A stretch of 64,000 nucleotides of DNA, from NCBI GenBank assembly GCA_963790305.1, contig CAWBOC010000006.1, positions 1 to 64,000 on the forward strand, read 5' to 3'. Origin of the DNA: an uncultured Gemmatimonadaceae bacterium (lineage in GTDB: Bacteria; Gemmatimonadota; Gemmatimonadetes; Gemmatimonadales; Gemmatimonadaceae). Of this stretch, positions 22,827-32,073 are shown one piece after another. Position 1 is the first letter of the stretch. The number at the start of each line of letters is the position of its first letter. The notes under the pieces were generated by a model that saw only the letters and a list, made by a program, of their open reading frames with translations, was not told the origin of the DNA and made no database searches. A program made the position numbers and the translations under genes.

Positions 22827-22954
22827 AACGGCAACGACGTCAGATGTCAGAATACAGAATTCGGAAACGGCTGCGGGGAGCCACGTAACTGGCTCCCCGT
22901 AGGTCTTACTCGAGTTCTGTATTCTGTATTGTGGTATCTGACGTCTTTGCCGTT
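22827..22954. repeat. Intergenic palindrome B sharing 19-bp terminal inverted repeats with palindrome A
   Basis: Ends AACGGCAACGACGTCAGAT ... ATCTGACGTCTTTGCCGTT; CAGAATA/TATTCTG heptamers; inner hairpin CTGCGGGGAGCCA-N6-TGGCTCCCCGTAG (22871-22902). Confidence 0.9.
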
Positions 22955-22964
22955 CCGAAACGGC

Positions 22965-22993
22965 TTGAAGCGTCGTGACGGCGCGCGTAGCTT
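22965..22993 (+). promoter_or_regulatory. Putative sigma70 promoter of the fmdB-like/argS unit
   Basis: TTGAAG-N17-TAGCTT; same -10 hexamer as the putative asnS promoter. Confidence 0.45.
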
Positions 22994-23029
22994 TGGAATA
23001 CGCCCCCCACATCCCTAAGTAACACCAGA

Positions 23030-23386
23030 ATGCCGACTTACGATTTCGTCTGCCCCTCGCGCCACGTATTCGAGCGGTTCTTTCGGAAGATCAGCGACGC
23101 GCCCCTCGAGATGCCGTGTCCCGAGTGTGGCGCGATCGCCATTCGAAAGGTGTCCGGTGGGGCGGGGCTCGTGTTCAAGGGATCGGGCTTCTACATCACC
23201 GATTACGGCAAGGACGGCAAAAAGCCACAGGGCCAGCCCGCGAAGAAGGACGCGTCGACGCCGGCGGCTTCGGGGTCCTCCGATGCAGGGGCGTCGTCCG
23301 GTGGCGAGGCATCCAAAGACTCCGGAAAGACTAGCGGTTCGTCCACACCCAAGCCGCCCTCGTCCGGCAGCTCTAGCGGAGAATGA
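23030..23386 (+). CDS. FmdB-family zinc-ribbon protein with low-complexity S/G/K tail
   Basis: 'MPTYDFVCPSRHVFE..CPECG..FKGSGFYITDY'. Confidence 0.9.
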   Translation: MPTYDFVCPSRHVFERFFRKISDAPLEMPCPECGAIAIRKVSGGAGLVFKGSGFYITDYGKDGKKPQGQPAKKDASTPAASGSSDAGASSGGEASKDSGKTSGSSTPKPPSSGSSSGE

Positions 23387-25062
23387 ACAGCGCGACCACG
23401 GACTGCATTCGTGCCGAGCTCGCACGCGCGGCACGCGACCTCGGTGCGCCTGAGGCCATCGATCCGGTGCTCGAGCGACCACGCGATCCGGCGCACGGAG
23501 AGTGGGCGACGAACCTCGCCATGACGCTGGCGCGACCACTTCAGCGAAAGCCGCGCGACATCGCGCAGCAGCTCGTCGAGCGGCTCGATCTGGCGTCCTG
23601 TGGTGTGGCGCGGGTCGAAATCGCCGGACCCGGCTTCATCAACTTTCGGCTCGACCCGGCACACACTGCCCGCGCGCTCGCCACCATCCTGCGAGCGGGG
23701 GACGTCTACGGACGGTCGGACCAGGGAGCCGGCCGCCAGGTGAACGTCGAGTTCGTCTCGGCCAACCCGACGGGACCGCTCCACGTGGGTCACGGGCGAC
23801 AAGCGGCGTTAGGCGACGCCATCGCGTCGCTGCTCGAGGCGACCGGCTGGAAGGTGTCGCGCGAGTTCTACTACAACGACGGCGGGGCACAGATCGCGAA
23901 CCTCACCCTCTCGGTGATCGCGTGGCTGCGCGAGCTCGCTGGCGAGCCGCTGGTGATCCCGGAGGGCGGCTACCACGGGGAGTACATTCGCGAAATCGCC
24001 GAGCGATTCGTCGCCGCCCGTGGCGGAGATGCTCGTGACCTGCTGCGCGACGGCGACCTCGGCGCCGGCGGCGTGCTGTTCGAGGACATTCGGCGCTTCA
24101 CGGTCGCGGAGCTCCGAGCCGAACAGGATCGCGATCTCCAGGCGTTTGGCGTGCGCTTCGACACCTACTTTCTCGAGTCGGCGCTCTACACCGAGGGACG
24201 GGTGGAGGGCACGGTGCGGGCGCTCGCCGCCGGAGGTCGCACCTACGAGCACGAGGGTGCGCTGTGGCTTCGCACGACGGAGTTCTCCGACGACAAGGAC
24301 CGCGTCATGCGCAAGCGCGATGGGACGTATACCTACTTCGTGCCCGACGTGGCGTACCACGTCACCAAGTGGGACCGCGGCTACCGCCGGGCCATCAACG
24401 TCCAAGGCGCCGACCACCACAGCACCGTGACGCGCGTGCGGGCGGGGCTGCAGGCGCTCGACATGGATATTCCCGCCGGCTACCCGGAGTACGTCCTGCA
24501 CCAAATGGTGACCGTGATGCGCGGCGGCGAGGAGGTGAAAATCTCCAAGCGTGCCGGCAGTTATGTCACCGTACGAGACCTCGTCGACTGGGTCGGACGC
24601 GACGCGGTGCGCTACTTCTTTTTGATGCGGCGCGGGGATTCACAGCTCGTCTTCGACGTCGACCTCGCGCGCACGCAGTCGGAGGAGAATCCCGTCTACT
24701 ACATCCAGATGGCGCACGCGCGCCTGTCTGGGATCTTTCGCGTGGGTGGGATCGATCCCGCGGGCATCGATCCCGCCACGCCACTCGACGCACTGGTCGA
24801 ACCGGAGGAGCAGGAGCTCATCAAGCGGCTCCTCGACTTCCCGGCGCTGGTGGCCGGCGCCGCCGAGGCGCTCGAGCCGCAGCGCATCGCTTCGTACCTG
24901 CACGAAACGGCGTCGCTCACCCATCTCTGGTATCACAAGCACCACGTGCTCAACGAGCCTGCGCCGATCATGAATGCTCGCCTCGTGCTGGCGCGCGCCG
25001 CGCAGATCGTGCTGCGAAATGGCTTGGCGCTGCTGGGCATCACCGCCCCGGAGCGCATGTGA
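23383..25062 (+). CDS. argS: Arginine--tRNA ligase
   Basis: 'AGPGFINF', HIGH-type 'VEFVSANPTGPLHVGHGR', 'KISKRAG', 'ENPVYYIQMAHAR', C-terminal 'APERM'. Confidence 0.97.
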   Translation: MNSATTDCIRAELARAARDLGAPEAIDPVLERPRDPAHGEWATNLAMTLARPLQRKPRDIAQQLVERLDLASCGVARVEIAGPGFINFRLDPAHTARALATILRAGDVYGRSDQGAGRQVNVEFVSANPTGPLHVGHGRQAALGDAIASLLEATGWKVSREFYYNDGGAQIANLTLSVIAWLRELAGEPLVIPEGGYHGEYIREIAERFVAARGGDARDLLRDGDLGAGGVLFEDIRRFTVAELRAEQDRDLQAFGVRFDTYFLESALYTEGRVEGTVRALAAGGRTYEHEGALWLRTTEFSDDKDRVMRKRDGTYTYFVPDVAYHVTKWDRGYRRAINVQGADHHSTVTRVRAGLQALDMDIPAGYPEYVLHQMVTVMRGGEEVKISKRAGSYVTVRDLVDWVGRDAVRYFFLMRRGDSQLVFDVDLARTQSEENPVYYIQMAHARLSGIFRVGGIDPAGIDPATPLDALVEPEEQELIKRLLDFPALVAGAAEALEPQRIASYLHETASLTHLWYHKHHVLNEPAPIMNARLVLARAAQIVLRNGLALLGITAPERM

Positions 25063-25064
25063 CT

Positions 25065-25183
25065 AGGGGTCTGGAGTCAGGGGTCAGGGGGTGCCAGGGC
25101 CAAGGTTTGAGGACAACGGCTCGGATGCTCCCTATTTCCTGCCGCCTGACTCCCTGACCCCTGACTCCTGACTCCCGACCCCT
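25065..25183. repeat. Intergenic palindrome C built from GG(A/G)GTCA / TGAC(T/C)CC heptamers
   Basis: Left AGGGGTCTGGAGTCAGGGGTCAGGGG is the near reverse complement of right CCCCTGACTCCTGACTCCCGACCCCT. Confidence 0.85.
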
Positions 25184-25188
25184 CGCAC

Positions 25189-26106
25189 ATGACCGTCCTC
25201 GTCGTCGGCTCTGTCGCCCTCGACTCCGTCGAGACCCCCTTTGGAAAAGCGGACAACGTCCTCGGCGGCTCCGCAAACTTTTTTGCTGCGTCGGCAAGTC
25301 ATTTGACGCCGGTGCAACTGGTGGGCGTCGTTGGCACCGACTATCCAATGGACCAGCTCCAGGCGCTGGCTCGGCGCGGCGTCGACCTCGCGGGACTGGA
25401 GCAGGCGGAGGGAGCATCGTTTCGGTGGCGCGGCCGCTACCGCCACGATCTCAACTCCGCCGAGACGCTGGAGACTCATCTCGGGGTCTTCTCGCACTTT
25501 CGGCCGAAGATCCCGGCGCAGTTCCGCGACGCACCGTTCGTGTTCCTCGCCAACATCGATCCGCGGCTGCAGCTCGAGGTGCTCGAACAGGTCAAGAAGC
25601 CTCGACTCGTCGCCTGCGACACGATGAACTTCTGGATCGAAAGCCGACGCCCCGAGCTGCTCGAGCTGCTGGCGCGCGTCGACCTCATCACCCTTAACAA
25701 TGGCGAGGCCCGACAGCTGACCGAGACCTCCAACCTCGTCAAGGCGGCGCGGTGGATCCTCGCCCGCGGGCCGAAGCACGTCATCATCAAGAAGGGCGAA
25801 CATGGCGCGTTCATGTTCACCGAGAAGACGGTGTTCTTCGCGCCGGCATATCCGCTCGAGGATGTGTTCGATCCCACCGGCGCCGGCGATGCGTTCGCCG
25901 GTGGCTTCATGGGGTACCTCGCACGCACCGGCGATCTGAGCGATCCGAGTCTCAAGCGCGCGGTGGTCTACGGCTCGGCGATGGGCTCGTTTGCCGTCGA
26001 GCGCTTCTCGATCCAGCGCTTCCTGGAGATCTCGCGCGATGAGATTCGAGCGCGGGTGAAAGAGTTTTATCGCCTGGTCTCGTTCGAGGAGGATTTGCTG
26101 TCGTGA
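25189..26106 (+). CDS. PfkB-family carbohydrate/nucleoside kinase
   Basis: 'VVGSVALDSVETP..LGGSA', 'DTMNFWI', 'IIKKGEHG', 'DPTGAGDAFAGG'. Confidence 0.92.
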   Translation: MTVLVVGSVALDSVETPFGKADNVLGGSANFFAASASHLTPVQLVGVVGTDYPMDQLQALARRGVDLAGLEQAEGASFRWRGRYRHDLNSAETLETHLGVFSHFRPKIPAQFRDAPFVFLANIDPRLQLEVLEQVKKPRLVACDTMNFWIESRRPELLELLARVDLITLNNGEARQLTETSNLVKAARWILARGPKHVIIKKGEHGAFMFTEKTVFFAPAYPLEDVFDPTGAGDAFAGGFMGYLARTGDLSDPSLKRAVVYGSAMGSFAVERFSIQRFLEISRDEIRARVKEFYRLVSFEEDLLS

Positions 26107-27122
26107 CGGTCGACTACAAGTCCGCTGGCGTCGACATCGAGGCAGCGGACAGTGCGAAGGAACGGCTCCGCGCCCTCGTGGAATCGACGTTCACTGCCGG
26201 TACGCGCGGGCGTTTCGGCGGATTCGGCGGGATGTTTCGCATGCCGACCGACGTGCCCTCTCCGGTGCTGGTCGCCAGCGCGGACGGCGTCGGCACGAAG
26301 ATCAAGGTCGCGATCGACGCCCACCGGCATGACACGATCGGCCACGATCTCGTCAACCACTGCGTCAACGACATACTGGTGCAGGGGGCGCGGCCGCTCT
26401 TCTTCCTCGACTACGTGGCGTTTGGGCGGCTGGAACCAGACGTCGCGGAGGCAATCGTCAAGGGGGTCGCCGCGGGGTGCCGCGAGAACACGTGCGCGCT
26501 CCTGGGTGGCGAGACCGCCGAGATGCCCGGGGTGTACGTCCCGCCGGATTACGACCTGGCGGGGTTCATCGTCGGATATGTGGATGAGGGGCGCATCCTC
26601 GGAGCGGACCGCGTGCGCGAGCAGGACGTGCTCGTGGCGCTGGCCAGCACGGGGCTGCATACCAACGGCTACTCGCTGGCGCGCCTCATCGTGGCCCAGC
26701 GACTGATTCTCGGGCCGAAGGACCTTTTTCCAGGCACGCATAGTACGGTAGCGGACGTCTTGCTCGCGGTTCACCGGTCATACCTTCGGCCGCTGGGGCC
26801 AGTGCTCGATGTCACGCACGCGATGGCGCACATCACGGGGGGTGGACTCCCTGGCAACGTGAGTCGTGCGCTTCCGGAGACGTTGGATGCGGTGATCGAC
26901 ACCTCCACCTGGGACGTGCCTAACCAGTTCCAGGTGCTGCAGCGGGCTGGCGAGGTGTCGCGTGACGAGATGTTCCGCACCTTCAACATGGGAGTCGGCA
27001 TGGTGGTGATCACCGACGCGCGATCCGCCGACGCGGTGATCTCGAGCGCGCGTGCGACTGGAGTGGAGGCATGGGTTGCCGGCCGGGTCGTGCGCGGAAG
27101 TGGGATTGTGATCCTCGAATGA
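26103..27122 (+). CDS. purM: Phosphoribosylformylglycinamidine cyclo-ligase (AIR synthetase)
   Basis: 'YKSAGVDI', 'DGVGTK', 'PLFFLDY', 'GGETAEMPG', 'GLHTNGYSL', 'AHITGGG', 'TFNMGVGM'. Confidence 0.97.
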   Translation: MTVDYKSAGVDIEAADSAKERLRALVESTFTAGTRGRFGGFGGMFRMPTDVPSPVLVASADGVGTKIKVAIDAHRHDTIGHDLVNHCVNDILVQGARPLFFLDYVAFGRLEPDVAEAIVKGVAAGCRENTCALLGGETAEMPGVYVPPDYDLAGFIVGYVDEGRILGADRVREQDVLVALASTGLHTNGYSLARLIVAQRLILGPKDLFPGTHSTVADVLLAVHRSYLRPLGPVLDVTHAMAHITGGGLPGNVSRALPETLDAVIDTSTWDVPNQFQVLQRAGEVSRDEMFRTFNMGVGMVVITDARSADAVISSARATGVEAWVAGRVVRGSGIVILE

Positions 27123-27133
27123 AGGAGTCGGAG

Positions 27134-28150
27134 ATGAACGCACGTATTCTCGTGGCGAGCTTCGCGCTCGCCTGTTTGGCGGCGCCGGCGCTGAGGGCGC
27201 AGAGCGCGATTGACTCGCGGTGCATGGATCCGGTGCTCGTTGGAGACAACAACGAGGGGCAGGACGCCTGTCAGAAGGCGGTCGACCTGCTCAACTACAT
27301 GACCCCGCAGCTCGGAATGCTGATCGCGGGCGGCAATGCCACGATCGGCCAGGGTGGCACGTTAGGTGGCTTGGGCCACTTCGCGTTGAGCGTGCGGGCG
27401 AACGCCATGCGCGCGAGCCTGCCCGACATCAATGGTGCCGGCGTCAACTACGGTGCCGCGCAGCGCAGTAACTATGTGACCGAGGCGCAGTGGGCCGCGC
27501 TGCCGGTCGTGGACGCGGCATTCGGGCTCTTCAAGGGCATTGCACTGCCGCTCACCAACGTGCTCGGCGTGGATGTGCTCGTGAACGTCTCGTATCTGCC
27601 AGAGCTCGAGCATGACCCGCTCTCGCTCACCACGCCGGACGGCTCGTTCAAGTTCGGCTATGGAGCGCGCATCGGCGTCCTTCAGGAATCCCTCGTGCTC
27701 CCCGGCATCTCCGTCAGCTACATGAAGCGCGATCTCCCCCGCACGACGCTCATCGCCTCGTGGGAAGGGGGCGCACTCGCCAGCGCCGACACGGCGCGGC
27801 TCGAGAACTTCGACATCGGGACGACATCGTGGCGCATTGTGGCGAGCAAGTCGCTGCTCGCATTCAGTCTCGCGCTCGGCGTGGGTCAGGATCGATACGA
27901 GGCGGAGGCCAATGCGTTCTACTCGGTGAACGAGCCGCTGGCGCGCTTCGAAGGCGGCCCGGTTCGCTACGCGTTCGACATCACGCGGACGAACGTGTTC
28001 CTCGATCTCATCACCAATCTCGGGCTCATGAAGCTGGTCGCGACCGTGGGCGGAGTGTCGGGCGGTGACATTCCCACCTACAACACCTTCGATAAAGAGG
28101 CGGACGCTTCCCGGATCTACGGCTCGCTCGGGGTACGTATTGGCCTCTAA
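27134..28150 (+). CDS. Hypothetical exported protein, probable outer-membrane beta-barrel
   Basis: SD-like AAGGAG, signal peptide (..PALRA-Q), alternating beta pattern, C-terminal 'YGSLGVRIGL'. Confidence 0.7.
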   Translation: MNARILVASFALACLAAPALRAQSAIDSRCMDPVLVGDNNEGQDACQKAVDLLNYMTPQLGMLIAGGNATIGQGGTLGGLGHFALSVRANAMRASLPDINGAGVNYGAAQRSNYVTEAQWAALPVVDAAFGLFKGIALPLTNVLGVDVLVNVSYLPELEHDPLSLTTPDGSFKFGYGARIGVLQESLVLPGISVSYMKRDLPRTTLIASWEGGALASADTARLENFDIGTTSWRIVASKSLLAFSLALGVGQDRYEAEANAFYSVNEPLARFEGGPVRYAFDITRTNVFLDLITNLGLMKLVATVGGVSGGDIPTYNTFDKEADASRIYGSLGVRIGL

Positions 28151-28152
28151 GC

Positions 28153-29269
28153 GTGTTCATGCTGACCGAGCGCCCGGCTGACGCCGCAGGAATAGCGCGA
28201 GATCGCGCGTTCATGCGCCGGGCGCTCGTGTTGGCTCGACGCGGATGGGGACGTACGGCGCCCAACCCAATGGTGGGCGCCGTCGTCGTTCGTGACGACG
28301 AAGTCGTCGGGGAAGGGTGGCACGCCGAATATGGCGGACCGCATGCGGAGGTGATGGCCCTCAATGCGGCGGGAGTGCGCGCACGAGGGAGTACCGTGTA
28401 CGTCACGCTCGAGCCGTGTGCACATACCGGGAACACGCCGCCCTGCACCGACGCGCTCGTCCGCGCCGGCGTGTCGCGCGTGGTGTGTGCCGTCCGCGAC
28501 CCGAATCCGGTGGCGGCAGGCGGCACGCGGCGTCTCGAAGAGGCGGGGGTCGAGGTCGCGGTGGGCCTCGAGGAATCGGAAGCGCTCGAGCTGAATGCGC
28601 CGTTCTTTCATGCGCTCACCTCGACGCGGCCCTTCATCACGCTCAAGCTCGCGACCTCGATCGACGGAGCGATTGCCGATGCCTCCGGGCGATCGCAGTG
28701 GCTTACCGGTGCGGCGGCGCGCCGATACGTGCACCGGCTGCGCGCCGGCCATGACGCGATCGCGGTGGGCGCGGGAACGGCGATCGCCGATGATCCATCG
28801 CTCACGGTTCGTACCGGACGGCGACCGCGCGTTGCGCCCACGCGCATCGTGTTCGACCGTCGCGCGCGCCTTCCCTTGACCTCGGCGCTGGTTCGCACTG
28901 CCGGCGGGTTGCGCACGATCGTTGTCGTCGCCGATGCGTCATCGGGTCAGGCCCGTTCCCTCGCGTGATGCGGGCGTCCAGCTCATCCAGGCCGCTACTC
29001 TCGAGGCCGCTCTCCGCGAGCTGCGTGAGCGGGAGGTGCGCTCGATTCTCGTCGAGGGAGGGGCGGAGCTGGCCGGAGCGCTCCTGACGGAGGCGCTGGT
29101 GGACCGGATGATTATCTTTCAGGCGCCGGTTGTCCTTGGCGCGGGGGCCCGGAGCGCCTTCGCGTACGTCCCACCATCCGCCCTTCCGGGCGCGCCACGG
29201 TGGCGCGTCGTCGGCCGTCGCCTGATCGGCCAGGATCTCATGACCGTGTACGCTCCCGGGGCTGCCTGA
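28153..29269 (+). CDS. ribD: Bifunctional riboflavin deaminase/reductase RibD; frameshift near 28965
   Basis: 'PNPMVGAVVV', 'HAEV', 'YVTLEPCAHTGNTPPC', 'LKLATSIDG', then 'ILVEGG' in the next frame. Confidence 0.95.
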
Positions 29270-29270
29270 C

Positions 29271-29882
29271 ATGTTCACTGGACTCGTGGATGACGTCGGA
29301 GTCATCGAGCGCGTGGCGCGAACGACGGCCGGTCGCCGCCTTCGCATCACGTGCAGCTACGAGAATCTGGTGGAAGGGGAAAGTGTCGCCGTCAATGGCG
29401 CCTGCCTCACGATTGTGGCACACGGGCGCCGATGGCTCGAGGTCGCGGCGGTCGAAACGACCCTGGGACGAACCACAATCGGAGACTGGCGTGAGGGACG
29501 CCGTGTCAACCTGGAGCGCGCGATGCGCGCGGATGGGCGATTCGGCGGGCACCTCGTGCTCGGCCATGTCAATGGCGTCGCCCGTGTCCGGCAAGTGAGC
29601 CAAGCTGGCGACGCGACGGTGGTCGATCTCTCCATGGAGGGAGACCTGAGTGAGCTGATGGTTCCGCATGGCTCCCTGACCGTCGACGGCGTGAGTCTCA
29701 CCGTGAACGAGCTTCCCACGGCTGGTACTGTTCAGGTATCGTTGATCGAGCATACGCTCCGCCACACCACGCTTGGCTCGCTCGCCGCAGGCGACCGGGT
29801 CCACATCGAAGCCGACATCATCGGCAAGTACGTGCGTCGTCTGCTCGAGACGCAGGCCGATTTCCGTCTCCCGCCCACCTAG
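29271..29882 (+). CDS. ribE: Riboflavin synthase
   Basis: 'MFTGL', 'GESVAVNGACLT', 'VNLERAM..GGHLVLGHV', 'DGVSLTV'. Confidence 0.95.
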   Translation: MFTGLVDDVGVIERVARTTAGRRLRITCSYENLVEGESVAVNGACLTIVAHGRRWLEVAAVETTLGRTTIGDWREGRRVNLERAMRADGRFGGHLVLGHVNGVARVRQVSQAGDATVVDLSMEGDLSELMVPHGSLTVDGVSLTVNELPTAGTVQVSLIEHTLRHTTLGSLAAGDRVHIEADIIGKYVRRLLETQADFRLPPT

Positions 29883-29885
29883 CCC

Positions 29886-31091
29886 ATGGCCTTCGCGACA
29901 GTCGAAGAAGCAATCGAGGAAATGCGGGCGGGGCGCATGGTCATCGTCGCCGACGACGAGGACCGCGAGAACGAAGGGGATCTGATCTGCGCCGCGCAGC
30001 GCGTGACGGCCGATCACGTGAACTTCATGCTCAAACACGCGCGCGGGATGATCTGCGTGGCGCTCACCCCCGAGCGCGTCGACCAGCTCGGTCTGGCGCC
30101 GATGAGTGACGTCAACACCGAGGAGCAGCGCACCGCGTTCACGGTGAGTGTCGATGCCGCCCCGCGCTTCGGCGTCACCACCGGGATCAGCGCGCAGGAT
30201 CGCGCGAAGACCATTCAGGTGCTGGTGGATCCAGCCACGGTACCGGCCGATCTTCGTCGGCCGGGCCACGTCTTCCCGCTGCGCGCGCGTGAGGGTGGTG
30301 TTCTTCAGCGTGTCGGGCACACCGAGACCGCCGTCGATCTGGCGCGCCTGGCCGGCTTGTATCCTGGTGGCGTCATCTGCGAAATCCTCGACGACGATGG
30401 CACCGCCGCTCGGCGCCCCGAGCTCGAAAGATTTGCGAAGCGGCACAATCTGAAATCGATCACAGTCGCGGATGTCGTCGCCTATCGCCTCCGCACCGAG
30501 CGACTCGTGCACCGTATCGCCGACGCGCGCCTCCCCACCGAGTACGGCGAATGGCGCGTGATTGGCTACCGCAACAATGTCGATGACCGGGAGCATGTCG
30601 CGCTCGTGTTCGGTGATGTGAAGGATGGCGAGGGCGTTCTGGTGCGCATGCACTCGAAGTGTCTCACCGGGGACGTGTTTGGTTCGCTCCGGTGCGACTG
30701 CGGTTGGCAGCTGCACGCGGCGATGACGACGATTCAGGAGCGCGGTCGAGGGGTCGTCGTGTACCTCGATCAGGAAGGGCGCGGCATTGGGCTGCTGAAC
30801 AAGCTCAAGGCGTACGAGTTGCAAGACACCGGCGCCGATACCGTCGAGGCGAACGAGCGCCTCGGGTTCAAGCCTGATCTGCGCAACTACGGTATCGGTG
30901 CGCAGATCCTGCTGGACCTGGGCCTCAAATCCATTCGGCCAATGACGAACAATCCGCGAAAGCTCGTCGGCCTGGAGGGATACGGGCTCAGCGTCGAGGA
31001 GCGCGTGCCGATCGTTCCGCCCGCGACGTCCGAGAATCAGGGGTACCTCGACGCGAAGCGCGACAAGCTCGGGCACCTGCTCGCGCACTGA
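29886..31091 (+). CDS. ribBA: Bifunctional DHBP synthase / GTP cyclohydrolase II
   Basis: 'DDEDRENEGD', 'RPGHVFPL', 'GHTE', 'RMHSKCLTGDVFGSLRCDCG', 'QEGRGIGL'. Confidence 0.97.
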   Translation: MAFATVEEAIEEMRAGRMVIVADDEDRENEGDLICAAQRVTADHVNFMLKHARGMICVALTPERVDQLGLAPMSDVNTEEQRTAFTVSVDAAPRFGVTTGISAQDRAKTIQVLVDPATVPADLRRPGHVFPLRAREGGVLQRVGHTETAVDLARLAGLYPGGVICEILDDDGTAARRPELERFAKRHNLKSITVADVVAYRLRTERLVHRIADARLPTEYGEWRVIGYRNNVDDREHVALVFGDVKDGEGVLVRMHSKCLTGDVFGSLRCDCGWQLHAAMTTIQERGRGVVVYLDQEGRGIGLLNKLKAYELQDTGADTVEANERLGFKPDLRNYGIGAQILLDLGLKSIRPMTNNPRKLVGLEGYGLSVEERVPIVPPATSENQGYLDAKRDKLGHLLAH

Positions 31092-31571
31092 ATGGCTGAG
31101 TTCGTCGGCACGCCCGCGGGCGCCGGGCGTCGCGTTGCGGTCCTGGCCTCCCGCTTCAACGAGTCCGTCACTCAGAAGCTCGCCGACGGCGCCATCAATG
31201 CGCTGGTCAGGCACGGTCTGGCCACCGAGAACATCGACATGGTGTGGGTGCCTGGCGCGTGGGAGCTGCCGGCCGCCGCTCGCCGCCTCCTCGCCTCTGA
31301 ACGCTATGACGCGCTTGTCGTGGTCGGCGCCGTCATCCGTGGCGAGACGCCGCACTTCGACTACATCGCCGCCGAGGCGTCGCGCGGCCTCGCGCAAGCG
31401 AGCTCGGACTATGACGTCCCGGTGGGCTTTGGGCTGCTGACCACCGACACCACCGAGCAAGCGGAGGCGCGGGCCGGCGGCGATCACGGCAACAAGGGGT
31501 GGGACGCAGCGATCGCCGCGCTGGAGATGGCCGATCTCTTCGACCGACTCGATGCCCCGCCTGCGAGCTGA
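31092..31571 (+). CDS. ribH: 6,7-dimethyl-8-ribityllumazine synthase
   Basis: 'SRFN', 'VPGAWELP', 'GAVIRGETPHFDYI', 'GNKG'. Confidence 0.97.
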   Translation: MAEFVGTPAGAGRRVAVLASRFNESVTQKLADGAINALVRHGLATENIDMVWVPGAWELPAAARRLLASERYDALVVVGAVIRGETPHFDYIAAEASRGLAQASSDYDVPVGFGLLTTDTTEQAEARAGGDHGNKGWDAAIAALEMADLFDRLDAPPAS

Positions 31572-31971
31572 GACCCGCGCGCGTGCGCGCGCGCTGCAGG
31601 CGCTGTATGCATGGGACCTTCGCGACGGCGAGCCACTCGATCGTATCGCGAGCCAGGTATGGGACGATCTCGCGATTGCGCCTGACGAGCGCGCCTTCGC
31701 CAGCCGCATCGTCCGCACCATCATCGCCGAGGGAAAGGCGATCGACGATGCCCTGCGGGACGTCACGACCAACTGGCGTCTCGAGCGATTGGGGGCCGTC
31801 GAGCGCGCGGTGCTGCGCATCGCGGCCGCCGAGCTCCTGCGCGGTGACCCTCCGCCGCGCGTCACGATTCAGGAAGCGGTGCGCCTCGCCGAGCGATACG
31901 GCAGCGCGCAGAGCGCACGGTTTGTCAACGGAGTGCTGGATGCGTTGGCGAGAAAAATGGGGCGACTGTGA
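31552..31971 (+). CDS. nusB: Transcription antitermination factor NusB
   Basis: 'ARARALQALY', 'NWRLERLGAVERAVLR', 'IQEAVRLAERYG..FVNGVLD'. Confidence 0.95.
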   Translation: MPRLRAETRARARALQALYAWDLRDGEPLDRIASQVWDDLAIAPDERAFASRIVRTIIAEGKAIDDALRDVTTNWRLERLGAVERAVLRIAAAELLRGDPPPRVTIQEAVRLAERYGSAQSARFVNGVLDALARKMGRL

Positions 31972-31977
31972 TGGAAA

Positions 31978-32052
31978 GGTCGTCGAGGGTGTCGAGGTGA
32001 TCGAGGCGATCCAGGTGACGTCGCCTCGATCACCTCGACATCCTGGACGACC
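31978..32052. repeat. Intergenic palindrome D: 32-bp arms of tandem 9-mers (RTCGAGGNN)
   Basis: 31978-32009 pairs with 32021-32052 (2 mismatches, one of them G-U) around an 11-nt loop; units GTCGAGGGT/GTCGAGGTG/ATCGAGGCG/ATCCAGGTG. Confidence 0.9.
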
Positions 32053-32073
32053 CTGACCACCTCGTCTCACACG

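Noticed and set aside
20313..22954. Repeats as a CRISPR array
   Set aside because: They are inverted repeats and heptamer tandems without regular unique spacers, and there are no cas genes.
28960..28975. TGA ending the first ribD ORF as a selenocysteine codon (selB is present)
   Set aside because: Homology continues in a different frame ('RDAGVQLIQ..ILVEGG'), so this is an indel, not read-through.
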